In this document: positions 17,072 through 26,501 of the stretch, one piece after another
Position numbering within the stretch: position 1 is the first letter of the stretch
Layout: each line of letters begins with the position of its first letter
Source of the DNA: a virus
Direction: 5' to 3' (one strand)
DNA length: 64,000 bases
Virus record (IMG/VR): IMGVR_UViG_3300027784_000004
Position numbers and translations under genes: made by a program
Notes under the pieces: model-generated
Told to the model about the DNA's origin: nothing
The model's database searches: none
The model's input: only the letters and a program-made list of their open reading frames with translations

Positions 17072-18241
17072 CTAAATTCTTTCTCTATCATCATCACCAT
17101 ATTCTAAGTCTGACCTACTTTTTATTGTTGGATATATTTCGCCTAATTGTATTTTTATTATAGGTTCACCAACCCCCGTATTTAATTCAACAGTAACCCC
17201 TACTATCTGTACATTTAAATCTAAGTTCCATTTAGTATTTCTAACTTTAACAATATTACCTATATCCCAATTTCTTCTATATTCTAAATTGACAGCTTCA
17301 TTATAATCAATTTCTATAATATTTTCTCTTTGCCTTCTTCTTAAATAACTTCTGCCCCTACTTAATAAAGCACCTTCTTCTTCTAAATTACCAGCATCTA
17401 AAAAATCTTCTTTTCTTTCAAAGCCAGCAGGTTCTTCTTCTTCTAAAAATGCTTTTTCAATTATTCTTAAATTGCCTTCGCCTTCACCGCCTGCATAAAC
17501 TAAACTTTTTGCCCCCAACTCTTTTTGTAAAAAACTTTGCGCTGTAGCAGTTTCAATTTCTACATCAAATATTATATTATCACTTACATCAATAGTTTCT
17601 ATAATATCAAATATAAAAATATTAAAATCTATATCATAGAAAGTTTCCCAGCCTATAGCGCCAGCCCTGCTTATTTCTTGTAAAGTATCTTCTAACTTTT
17701 GAAATCTGCCTTTATATGTTACAAAATCGCCACGCCCTAAATTAGGTGCAGTTGTTAGCCTAGGTATTCTTCTAGGCTCACTTGTATTTTCACCGCCATT
17801 ATAATCAAGATAATGTTTCATCACTTGCTCTGCGCTACCTTCTTGATTATCAAAAGCCCATGCATCTATTATCTGATTTTCATTTTCTTCTTGTGGTGGT
17901 TTTGGTGGTAGTATTAAATCATCATTATTAATAGGTGGTAAAATTATTCTATCTTCAAAAATACCACCAAATTGCCTACCACTTATACTTAATATTTCAC
18001 CTTCCCTACCAGTATCATCTACTTCTAATTGTTTTTGCTCTATTTGATACAATAAATTATTAAATCCTAATTCTGTAGGCAAAATAAATAAGCCAATTTC
18101 TAAAAAGTCTGAAATATATTGGTTTTGATTTATCTGTAACTCAAAAGCACCATGTGTATAAAACTGCCTTGAATAAGCAAAGCTTTCATAGTTTTCAATT
18201 TCTCCAACTAAATTACCTTCGCTATCTATAATTAAAGCCAT
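17072..18241 (-). CDS. Baseplate hub / Tal (ReqiPepy6 Gp37-like)
   Basis: YVGGEGEG-like and W.IGNIVKV motifs; follows Dit. Confidence 0.8.
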   Translation of the reverse strand: MALIIDSEGNLVGEIENYESFAYSRQFYTHGAFELQINQNQYISDFLEIGLFILPTELGFNNLLYQIEQKQLEVDDTGREGEILSISGRQFGGIFEDRIILPPINNDDLILPPKPPQEENENQIIDAWAFDNQEGSAEQVMKHYLDYNGGENTSEPRRIPRLTTAPNLGRGDFVTYKGRFQKLEDTLQEISRAGAIGWETFYDIDFNIFIFDIIETIDVSDNIIFDVEIETATAQSFLQKELGAKSLVYAGGEGEGNLRIIEKAFLEEEEPAGFERKEDFLDAGNLEEEGALLSRGRSYLRRRQRENIIEIDYNEAVNLEYRRNWDIGNIVKVRNTKWNLDLNVQIVGVTVELNTGVGEPIIKIQLGEIYPTIKSRSDLEYGDDDRERI

Positions 18242-19147
18242 TTAAACACCTGCCTTTAAACCTGTATAATATATAACCGCACTACCACCATCTATTGTAT
18301 CAAAAAGTAAATCAACATCATTTAAGCCTTCTATAAACTTCCAAAAATCTCTATATATCAAAGTTACTGTATTTATAGCATTTCTTCTTTCTCCTGTATT
18401 AACATTAACTATCTCAACCCTTTTTTCACCATATCCTGTATAAATTTCTATATATTCATCTTCTAAAATTAAAGCATCTAAATTTAATATTTCGCCTGTA
18501 GTATTGTTTATTATTGAAAAACCATCTACATAGCCATAAACCTGTAATAAAAAAGGTATAGGTATATCAGTATCTATATCAAAAATTTCTGTAACATTAC
18601 CTGATACAAACTCTAAAGGAAACTCTAAAGTATCTTCAAATAAAGCAGGTATATTTACCATTTCAAAATCAAACTCAACTTCTTCTGTTTTTTTAAAATA
18701 AGGGTTTGGTGCTAAAAATTCTATATCTACATCAACAACATTACCCCTAATAGTAACATAAGATAAACTAGGTGATTCAATAGGTGTAACATTTATTTCT
18801 AAAGTTTCTTCTCCTGCTCTATGATATTCTAAAATACCTAATTCGCCTATTTTATGAAAATCTACATCTTTATCTAATTTTAAATATAGTTCTTCTATTA
18901 ACTCATTTATCTCTGCTATAGAGTTTTTATTTAATCTTAAGTTTATAACAATATTTCTCATATCAACATTATTATTAAGATATTTTACCCCTTTTCTAAA
19001 AGGTATTTTTTTTGTAAGTGGTGTTACCTGTGTGCTAGCTAAACCATTAAAATCAACTAAATTAAAATCAGTATTAGCCCTAAAGGTTATGCCATCTTCT
19101 TTATCCTTTGTAGGATAAAATACAAAATAATTACACATGAAAAACAA
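18242..19147 (-). CDS. Distal tail protein (Dit)
   Basis: DIEFLAPNPYF, IINNTTGE; position. Confidence 0.8.
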   Translation of the reverse strand: MFFMCNYFVFYPTKDKEDGITFRANTDFNLVDFNGLASTQVTPLTKKIPFRKGVKYLNNNVDMRNIVINLRLNKNSIAEINELIEELYLKLDKDVDFHKIGELGILEYHRAGEETLEINVTPIESPSLSYVTIRGNVVDVDIEFLAPNPYFKKTEEVEFDFEMVNIPALFEDTLEFPLEFVSGNVTEIFDIDTDIPIPFLLQVYGYVDGFSIINNTTGEILNLDALILEDEYIEIYTGYGEKRVEIVNVNTGERRNAINTVTLIYRDFWKFIEGLNDVDLLFDTIDGGSAVIYYTGLKAGV

Positions 19148-19176
19148 CCCCTTTAAATCAAATTATGCTTAATTAT

Positions 19177-20523
19177 CTATGGAGTACCTACTATTGTAAG
19201 TTCTGCGCTAAATTCTGATTCATTATTAACAGCACTTATAAGCCTATCTACTCTAGGCGCACTTGCACCATCTAAGCCTGCACCAAATAAATCAAAGTTT
19301 CTAACACTATCTACTTGATTCCAAAAACCCCCTACACCATTCCAATAACCGCTAGCTATATGATTAGTTTCTATTTCAAAAAGCCAATTTATAGGTTCAT
19401 CTTCGCCATCTTCCCACCATTTAGCCTTGTACTCATTGCCTTCTAGTCTTAACCTTAGCCAATAATAAGTGTCAACTTGCCAGTTATATTCTATTTCACC
19501 ACCTGTAAATAAGGTATAATCTATATCTTCTTGCGCTAAATAATAACCGCATCTTATATAGCCAACATTATTTGCTTCATACATATCTAAAAAATACCCG
19601 TTTACATCTCTTTGTGCATAGTTAAAACTACGCTGTGTACCGCTCATTCTAGCTAGCAATCTGTTTTGTGTGCCTGCTCTATCACTTGTTTTAACCCTTG
19701 TAACTAACTCTATATCATTAATATTATTAATTAAATTCCAACTTAACATAGCAAGCACGCTAGAAATAGGGTTTGTATTTTCTAAAGTATTATCGCCTAA
19801 TTCTTCTTGTTCATCAACTGTAAGCCAGCTAGCATATTCAGTTTCATTATGAATACTTTCAAGCCTAGGTGTCCACTCAAAAGGCGTTTCATTAACTTCA
19901 TATTCACTAAAATCAGTAAACAGCCTTCCGCTAGCAGGTAATATAAAAAGATTGGAATTATTTAAATTGCTTGTATTAAAAGAAATACCTCTAGCTTTTT
20001 TTCTTAGCATTAAATTAGTATCTAACAAGCTTTCATTTTCAAATATAGTTATATTCGTGAATAATGGTGAAACTTGCCATTCAGGGTTTGGTGCAAAAAA
20101 TTCTATATCAATATTAACAACATTACCCCTAGTTGATGCATTGGTAAAAACAGGCGAATTTATAGCCATTGCATCAATTTGCAATGTTCTTTTGTTTTGC
20201 CTAAAATAAAATAATGTACCTAAATTAGGTATATTAAATTCTCTATCAGGTATAGCAACACAAGCTTTTGCTAAATCTTGTTTTAACCTATTAATAACGC
20301 TTATATCTTTATCAATTAAAAAGGCTTGAATACTTATTAGCCTACCGCTAATTTCAGCATCTAGAAAGCGTTCTCCATGTTGTAGCAAGCCTTTATAGGT
20401 TTGTGCCTGTGCAACATTACTAAGCGCACCTGTATAATCTCTAAGCCTGTAGTCGCTAGTTTGTGAAAATTCTATATCATCAACATTTTCATCAGCACTA
20501 CGCCATATAAAAAAATTAGCCAT
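19177..20523 (-). CDS. Second Dit-like protein with an inserted lectin-like domain
   Basis: IDIEFFAPNPEW Dit motif followed by a ConA-like domain; directly after the tape measure. Confidence 0.75.
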   Translation of the reverse strand: MANFFIWRSADENVDDIEFSQTSDYRLRDYTGALSNVAQAQTYKGLLQHGERFLDAEISGRLISIQAFLIDKDISVINRLKQDLAKACVAIPDREFNIPNLGTLFYFRQNKRTLQIDAMAINSPVFTNASTRGNVVNIDIEFFAPNPEWQVSPLFTNITIFENESLLDTNLMLRKKARGISFNTSNLNNSNLFILPASGRLFTDFSEYEVNETPFEWTPRLESIHNETEYASWLTVDEQEELGDNTLENTNPISSVLAMLSWNLINNINDIELVTRVKTSDRAGTQNRLLARMSGTQRSFNYAQRDVNGYFLDMYEANNVGYIRCGYYLAQEDIDYTLFTGGEIEYNWQVDTYYWLRLRLEGNEYKAKWWEDGEDEPINWLFEIETNHIASGYWNGVGGFWNQVDSVRNFDLFGAGLDGASAPRVDRLISAVNNESEFSAELTIVGTP

Positions 20524-20536
20524 TTTTTCACCTGCC

Positions 20537-23107
20537 TTACCTTACTATTCTACCATCTTCAATATCCCAATTAACCGCAAATTCTCTAAACTTGCGCCTA
20601 GTAACCCTAACTATATCTTCGGGTCTAGTTATCGCTTCTATTCTTTGATTAAAATTAACAACTCTGCCACCGCCACCATTCATGCCATTTAATCCAGCAC
20701 CATTAAGTATAGCACCATTACCATTGCCAATACCTATTTGTGCGCCATCTAGCCTGCCTAAGCTTGTAGTCATAGCGCTTACATTTCTTCTTAAGGCAGA
20801 AGATGCTTCACTACTAGTTTCAGCCATTCTATTAAATGCCCTACTTATAAAATCATCACTTTTTAGCCCTAAAAACTCTCTTCCTTGATTTGCCAATTTA
20901 GATAAGCCTGAACCAAAATCTTTAAAAGGCTGTGTTAGTGCGCTAATTCTTTTTGTTACCTGTTCTGACATAGACTTAAATATTCTCTCTACGGTTCTGC
21001 CTAATTCAGTTACCGTTTCAATAATAGGCTTTACATGTTTATCAAAAATACCTTCTACTGAATCCCATATTGTTTGTGCAGTACTTTCCATAAACTCTAA
21101 TATTACCTTAACAGCATTTACCGACTTATCAAAATCAGCAACTATTTCTTGCCATATACCTGCAAAAAATGAAACTATGCCTTGCCAAACATCACTAGTA
21201 AATTTTTCAATACTACTCCAAGTTTCAGTAATAAATTCATCAACTGCCTGCATAGATGTGGTTATAATTTCTATTAAATCCACGCCAAAAATACCGCCTA
21301 TAAAAGCCAGCAATGCCCTTAACATATTGTGTACAAAATCATCAAAGTGTGCAAATAAGCTTTCAGCCAATTCCCAAGCACCTGCAAAATCACCTTGTAT
21401 TATTGCCAGTATTATTTCAACGCCATCAAGTATTGCATTAACATAAGAATAAAAAGCTTCACTAAGTGGTGCAACCGCATCTATAACACCTTGAAATACT
21501 CTTAATACAACTGTTAAAAAGCTTTCTAATGTTAACATTAAGCTATCAAAAACAGGCTGTAAAACTTGTAATACACTATCTATTATAGGCTTTATTCTAT
21601 CAAAAATAGGCTCTAAGCCAGCAATAAACTTACCGCCTTCTTCTAATAAGGTGTTCATTAAAGCACTAAATTCTTTATAAAAAGCCGATAAAATAGGCTC
21701 TATTTTTTGCCATACACTATTTATTACACCTAAAACACTATTAAATACTTCTATAGCTATTGCTCTAAATTCTTCATTAGTTGCTATTAAAATAGCAATA
21801 GCGCCTATAAGTAAAAATACAACGCCAGCAGGTGATGCAAGCAAACCTATTATTTTGGTTACTTTAGCTATTATTGGTGCAACTTTAGTAAAAGCATCAA
21901 TTAATTTGCCAGCTATCAAAAGTACGGGTCCAATAGATGCAAGTAAAGCACCAAAAGCTATAACCATAGACATAGTAGTTTCATCTAATTCTCCAACCCA
22001 TTTTGCCATAGCAATCATAGAATCTATTACCGTACTTATTGCAGGCTCTACTATTTCAAAAAAGCTTATGCCAACATCTTGTAAGGTGGCTAATAAAACT
22101 TTCAAATCTGCATTTAAAGTATCTCGCATAACTTCTGCCATAGATTTAGTGTGACCTTCACTATTTATTAAACTTAGCGTATATTCATCTAGTTCATCAG
22201 CGCCAGCATCTAATACTTGTAGCATTGCACCCATAGCATTTTGCCCAAATAATATTTGAGCGTGGCTTGCCTTTTGCGCCCCTGTCATATCTTCTGTGGC
22301 GCTTTCCCATTGCCTTGTTAACTCATTAATGCCTACAAACTCACCGCTTGCATCTTCTAAATCTAAGCCTAATGTTTTAATAGTTTCTTGCATAGCATCT
22401 GTGGGAGCAACCATTCTTGTCATAGCAGTACCTAACAGCCTTCCAGCCCTTGATGCCTTAATACCTGAATCTGCCATAACTGCAATAGCAGTAGCAGTTT
22501 CTTCCATACCTATGCCTAAAGTTGATGCTATTGGTGCAGAATAGGACATTGCTTCCCCTAAGCCTGCTACATCTATATTTGCAGTTGCACTAGTTTTAGC
22601 TAATATATCTGCTACTCTGCCTGCTTCTTCTGCTTCTAAGCTAAAACCTGCCATAATATCACTAGTAATCCTAGCACTCTCTGCTAAACTCATATTATCA
22701 GCTGTAGCCAAATCTAAAACATGTGTAAGTGCAGTCATTTGCTCTGTAGCGCTCCAACCTGCCCTACTCATAAACTCCATACCGCCTGCAACTTGTTCAG
22801 CACTAAACTCTGTTTCTATACCAAGCCTTCGTGCTTCATCTGTAAGTGCTTCAAATTCATCTGCTGTAGCACCTGATACCGCTTGTACTACTGCCATTTG
22901 TTCTTGAAAATCAGCACCTGATTTTATAGCCATTGTAGCCATACCTACTAAAGGCAAAGTTAAACCCTTAGTAAGTGTTTTGCCAGTTTGTGTAGCACTT
23001 TTACCTACACTTTCTAAACCACCAGCAACACCGCCCATGTTCTTTTCAAAATCTGCAATATCAGCGCCTACACGAACTAATAAAGATGCAACTGCCAATC
23101 GCTTCAC
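20537..23107 (-). CDS. Tail tape measure protein (TP901 family); start probably TTG 23098
   Basis: F...MA.V.AVSGAT and IAVMADSGIKASRAG motifs, helical repeats. Confidence 0.95.
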   Translation of the reverse strand: MKRLAVASLLVRVGADIADFEKNMGGVAGGLESVGKSATQTGKTLTKGLTLPLVGMATMAIKSGADFQEQMAVVQAVSGATADEFEALTDEARRLGIETEFSAEQVAGGMEFMSRAGWSATEQMTALTHVLDLATADNMSLAESARITSDIMAGFSLEAEEAGRVADILAKTSATANIDVAGLGEAMSYSAPIASTLGIGMEETATAIAVMADSGIKASRAGRLLGTAMTRMVAPTDAMQETIKTLGLDLEDASGEFVGINELTRQWESATEDMTGAQKASHAQILFGQNAMGAMLQVLDAGADELDEYTLSLINSEGHTKSMAEVMRDTLNADLKVLLATLQDVGISFFEIVEPAISTVIDSMIAMAKWVGELDETTMSMVIAFGALLASIGPVLLIAGKLIDAFTKVAPIIAKVTKIIGLLASPAGVVFLLIGAIAILIATNEEFRAIAIEVFNSVLGVINSVWQKIEPILSAFYKEFSALMNTLLEEGGKFIAGLEPIFDRIKPIIDSVLQVLQPVFDSLMLTLESFLTVVLRVFQGVIDAVAPLSEAFYSYVNAILDGVEIILAIIQGDFAGAWELAESLFAHFDDFVHNMLRALLAFIGGIFGVDLIEIITTSMQAVDEFITETWSSIEKFTSDVWQGIVSFFAGIWQEIVADFDKSVNAVKVILEFMESTAQTIWDSVEGIFDKHVKPIIETVTELGRTVERIFKSMSEQVTKRISALTQPFKDFGSGLSKLANQGREFLGLKSDDFISRAFNRMAETSSEASSALRRNVSAMTTSLGRLDGAQIGIGNGNGAILNGAGLNGMNGGGGRVVNFNQRIEAITRPEDIVRVTRRKFREFAVNWDIEDGRIVR

Positions 23108-23143
23108 CCCCGTTAATAAAAAAAAAGATAAAAAACCCTTTTA

Positions 23144-23365
23144 TTATGCAAAAGAGTTTCTATCTTTTTTACTTAACTTTTTATTCTTGTTTTTGCGCTT
23201 TTGTTTTTTTTCTTCTTCTTCCATTCTCTTAGCTTTTATATCAAAATATATTTGCCATTCGCTTAATCTGTAACTACTCATTTGTAAAACTTCTTCAACT
23301 GATTTACCAAGAGTTTCTGCTAATTGAAAATAAAAGAAATACTCATGGTTTTCATTTAGTTTTTT
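23144..23365 (-). CDS. -1 frameshift extension of the tail assembly chaperone (gpGT-like)
   Basis: Slippery A AAA AAC at 23359-23365; the -1 frame reads YFFYFQLAETLGKSVEEVLQMSSYRLSEWQIYF. Confidence 0.8.
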   Translation of the reverse strand, partial: KKLNENHEYFFYFQLAETLGKSVEEVLQMSSYRLSEWQIYFDIKAKRMEEEEKKQKRKNKNKKLSKKDRNSFA

Positions 23366-23748
23366 TCTATTTCGCCCATTTCTTTAACAGTAATACCTGA
23401 TAGTTCCATTGCTTTTTTCGCTATTTCCTCTAGCGCTTCCCCTGATTTTTTATTTAGCGCATCTCTATCAGCCATTTTAAATATCTTTTCTCTTGTTTTA
23501 GGGTTATAAGCTGTAGCTATAATTAGTTCAGGATAAGCTTTGCCTATATCTACTTGCTTTGTTTTAGGGTTTATATTATTAGTTAATACACTATTTCTTG
23601 CTTCTCCTGTAAGCCCTCTAACTAGAATATCAACACCCCAACTGTCAATAGTAATTATTTCCTCCCTAATATCCTTACTACTTAATATAGTTTGTCTTAA
23701 ATCCATTGCATTATTTTCTTCGCCTTGTTTAACTTTTTTATCAACCAT
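23356..23748 (-). CDS. Tail assembly chaperone (gpG-like)
   Basis: Position between tail tube and tape measure; WGVDILVRGLTG. Confidence 0.85.
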   Translation of the reverse strand: MVDKKVKQGEENNAMDLRQTILSSKDIREEIITIDSWGVDILVRGLTGEARNSVLTNNINPKTKQVDIGKAYPELIIATAYNPKTREKIFKMADRDALNKKSGEALEEIAKKAMELSGITVKEMGEIEKN

Positions 23749-23790
23749 TATTTTTTATACCCCTTTTGTTTTATATTTTTTAAAGTAATA

Positions 23791-24408
23791 TCAGCCAAAA
23801 GCTACACATAATCTTTCTTTGTCTGTAGTACTTTCAAAGTCTATTTCAGTTTCAACCAAATCTTCAACATCAGCGCTAGTTTCTCTACTTTCTAATAATG
23901 CCCTTACTCTAATATGATAATCTTCATTTTCATCAACAAAAAATTCTATAACTGTAGCAATATCATCAACTAATAAATCAAAGAAAAACTCATAATTTAG
24001 TTCTTCAAATTTAGAAATACCACCACTTGCTTCCTTTAAAGTTTGTTCTCTTTTAATAAAAGTATTACCAAAAGTATTAGCTTCTGCATTTTCAGCGCTT
24101 AAATCTATTGCAAATTCAAAAGCCTGTCCTACAACAATGCTAGGCAAATAGAATATATCAGCTGTAATATTTCTAACTTCTGCTGTGTCAAAGGATATTA
24201 GCCCTTGCAAGCGGTTTAAAGTGTATTCTTGTTCATCTACTTCTATAGCATCATCATATACAACAATATCTGCAAAAGCGTGCCAAATATCTTTATCTAC
24301 ATCATCAATAAAATAATTTAAATCATCAGTAGTGCTAAAGCTTTCACCTTCGCTTAAAATAGATTCGCCTGTAGCCTTTATCATTGCCCTTTTACCAGCT
24401 AATGCCAA
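23791..24408 (-). CDS. Second tail-tube-like protein with an N-terminal insertion
   Basis: MALAGK start, EANTFG...REQTLK, VEDLVETEIDFEST parallels the neighbour. Confidence 0.65.
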   Translation of the reverse strand: MALAGKRAMIKATGESILSEGESFSTTDDLNYFIDDVDKDIWHAFADIVVYDDAIEVDEQEYTLNRLQGLISFDTAEVRNITADIFYLPSIVVGQAFEFAIDLSAENAEANTFGNTFIKREQTLKEASGGISKFEELNYEFFFDLLVDDIATVIEFFVDENEDYHIRVRALLESRETSADVEDLVETEIDFESTTDKERLCVAFG

Positions 24409-24491
24409 TAAAGCCACCCCCTTATAAATAAAAAAAATATAGCTAGCCATATATTATATATAAGCTAGCTAATATAAGCCTTTATTATTTT

Positions 24492-24902
24492 TTAAACAAC
24501 TATTTCAACTGCGCCTGTGCCTTCTAAGTCAATACTCAATTCAATAGCATCTTCAACAGTTGCATCAATTTCAAAACTAGCCACTCTTACCTGCTGTTTA
24601 AAGCCTTCGCCAGTATTTTTATCTATAATGTATCTAACATATAAATCTTCATCATTTAGCCAGCTATCCCTTATAAGTATTTGTCCAAGAGTATCAGCAG
24701 GGTTATAAAAGCCTGATAAATCAAAAGTATTATCTTTCAACCCCTGTATTCTTTGAATAAATTCACTACAAAAGGCTGTAACCTCAATATTTTCAGCTTC
24801 TAAGCCTATAGATGCTTCATTTAAATCAGCTACAATATTATAAACAGTATCATCACTAGAAACTTCTATATTTACATTCTTACCTTTTAATGCTCCACTC
24901 AT
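24492..24902 (-). CDS. Major tail tube protein (TP901-1-like)
   Basis: IEVTAF...IQGLKD..FDLSG...VEDAIELSIDLEGTG. Confidence 0.85.
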   Translation of the reverse strand: MSGALKGKNVNIEVSSDDTVYNIVADLNEASIGLEAENIEVTAFCSEFIQRIQGLKDNTFDLSGFYNPADTLGQILIRDSWLNDEDLYVRYIIDKNTGEGFKQQVRVASFEIDATVEDAIELSIDLEGTGAVEIVV

Positions 24903-24915
24903 TTTTTAAACCCCC

Positions 24916-25146
24916 CTATTCTTCAAGTTCTTCTTCTTTATACTCATAACCGCAAAGCTTGCAAACCCAATGCTCTTTACCACCCATAACAGTATAATTT
25001 TTCCTATTATTTGCAGGGTGGTTGCAGTTTTCTTGTATTTCTTCTTCGCTCAAATCATTTTTTTCCAAAAGAAAAAACAGGCTTTGTATCTGCGCCTGCA
25101 TAGATAGAACAATGTTATATATTATTAGCTTTTCATTATCTTCCAT
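24916..25146 (-). CDS. Small zinc-ribbon protein (C-x-H...CxxC)
   Basis: NCNHP...WVCKLCG; start moved to MEDNE. Confidence 0.6.
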   Translation of the reverse strand: MEDNEKLIIYNIVLSMQAQIQSLFFLLEKNDLSEEEIQENCNHPANNRKNYTVMGGKEHWVCKLCGYEYKEEELEE

Positions 25147-25154
25147 TTTTTTAT

Positions 25155-25574
25155 TTACTCCTTTTCTTGAACTATGCAAACAAAGTCTAAAATATAGTGC
25201 CTGTAAACACTAGGATTATTAGTTTCTCTATCAAAATTACCGTTTTCATATCTTAAGTAAACTGTGTGTAAATCATCTACTTCAATATTTGTATAGTCTA
25301 ACAGCTGTTTTATTCTTGCGCCTATTTGATTAATTTCTTTATTACCTTTGTATTGGGAAAATACATGTAAAGTAAAATCTATTTGCCTGCCCAGCTTATC
25401 AAAAGTATGGAAATTAGTGTCGCTAAAATCACCAAAAACTATATAAGGGAAAGGGTGTTTTGCTTTAATATCATCAAATACACCCTTTGTGTTATTTCTT
25501 ATATAATTATCGTTTCTTAATATGTTATATACTTTTTCTTGTACTAAACCCATAGCTTCATGTATTGCTATCAT
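25155..25574 (-). CDS. Tail terminator (DUF3168 / gp17-like)
   Basis: PFPYIVFGD, FTLHVFS; position. Confidence 0.85.
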   Translation of the reverse strand: MIAIHEAMGLVQEKVYNILRNDNYIRNNTKGVFDDIKAKHPFPYIVFGDFSDTNFHTFDKLGRQIDFTLHVFSQYKGNKEINQIGARIKQLLDYTNIEVDDLHTVYLRYENGNFDRETNNPSVYRHYILDFVCIVQEKE

Positions 25575-26023
25575 TCACCTAGCCCCCTTAAAATACGCTT
25601 TAAGCCTTCTGTGTAGCTATCTCTTTCGCCCATAAAGGCAGGTTTTAGATATGGTTGCGGTTTTGTGCCACGCCTATATATATTAATAGCTATAGCCCAT
25701 TCAGCGCCAGCCATACCCTTTCTTCTAGCCCAACCAGCTAAAGCATCAGGTGGTGGGAAATGCCCTCTAGGTAAACCATATTCTATAGCAGGCGCATATA
25801 CTTCTTGATTAAATATTTCTGTGCTTAAATCAGCTGACCTAATTTGTATATCTTCCCTTAAAGAACCTAAATCAACAGACACTTTACCCCTAGCACTTGA
25901 TTGTATAGCCCTACCTGTTTTTTCGTTTAATACTTCTACTTCACGCCTTGCGCTTACTTTTATTTCTTCAAATATTCTTTTTGCATCTTCTATGCCTTCA
26001 ACTCTTATAGTACTAGTAGCCAT
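25571..26023 (-). CDS. HK97 gp10-like tail completion protein
   Basis: YAPAIEYG, GTKPQPYLKPAF. Confidence 0.85.
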   Translation of the reverse strand: MATSTIRVEGIEDAKRIFEEIKVSARREVEVLNEKTGRAIQSSARGKVSVDLGSLREDIQIRSADLSTEIFNQEVYAPAIEYGLPRGHFPPPDALAGWARRKGMAGAEWAIAINIYRRGTKPQPYLKPAFMGERDSYTEGLKRILRGLGE

Positions 26024-26060
26024 AAAAAAACCCCCTTATTTTTAGAGGTTATACTATCTG

Positions 26061-26486
26061 CTATAATAATCTAATTTCTAAATCTTCAACTGCAAACCTT
26101 GCTGTATCACCTTGCTCTATTGTTTTTGGTATTACCAGTTCACCCCAGCCCATGAAAACACCTGCATCATCTGCTATTATAAAATGTGTTACTGTACCCC
26201 ATGTAGCTGTAGCTTCTGGAAAGGTTATCTCTATAGCATTTTCTTTTATTGTAATACCCTCTGCTGTAGCGCCATCTTGTGTAACAGCTACATTCCAAGT
26301 TACTAAATCATTATCTTCTGTTACTCTAGCATAACCATCAACGCCATCAGGTTCAGTAATATTTGTACCATCATCATTAGGTGCTGTAGTAGATAAACCA
26401 AATTCCAATGCAGTTGGTGCAGTATAGTTTTGCGCACCAAAAACTTCATCTAATAAATCTTCTCTTAAACTATTTCCAAAACTCAT
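26061..26486 (-). CDS. Small virion fibre or collar-associated structural protein
   Basis: GYARV...ITFPEATATWGTVTHFII.D motif. Confidence 0.7.
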   Translation of the reverse strand: MSFGNSLREDLLDEVFGAQNYTAPTALEFGLSTTAPNDDGTNITEPDGVDGYARVTEDNDLVTWNVAVTQDGATAEGITIKENAIEITFPEATATWGTVTHFIIADDAGVFMGWGELVIPKTIEQGDTARFAVEDLEIRLL

Positions 26487-26501
26487 TAAACATACCCCCT
26501 T

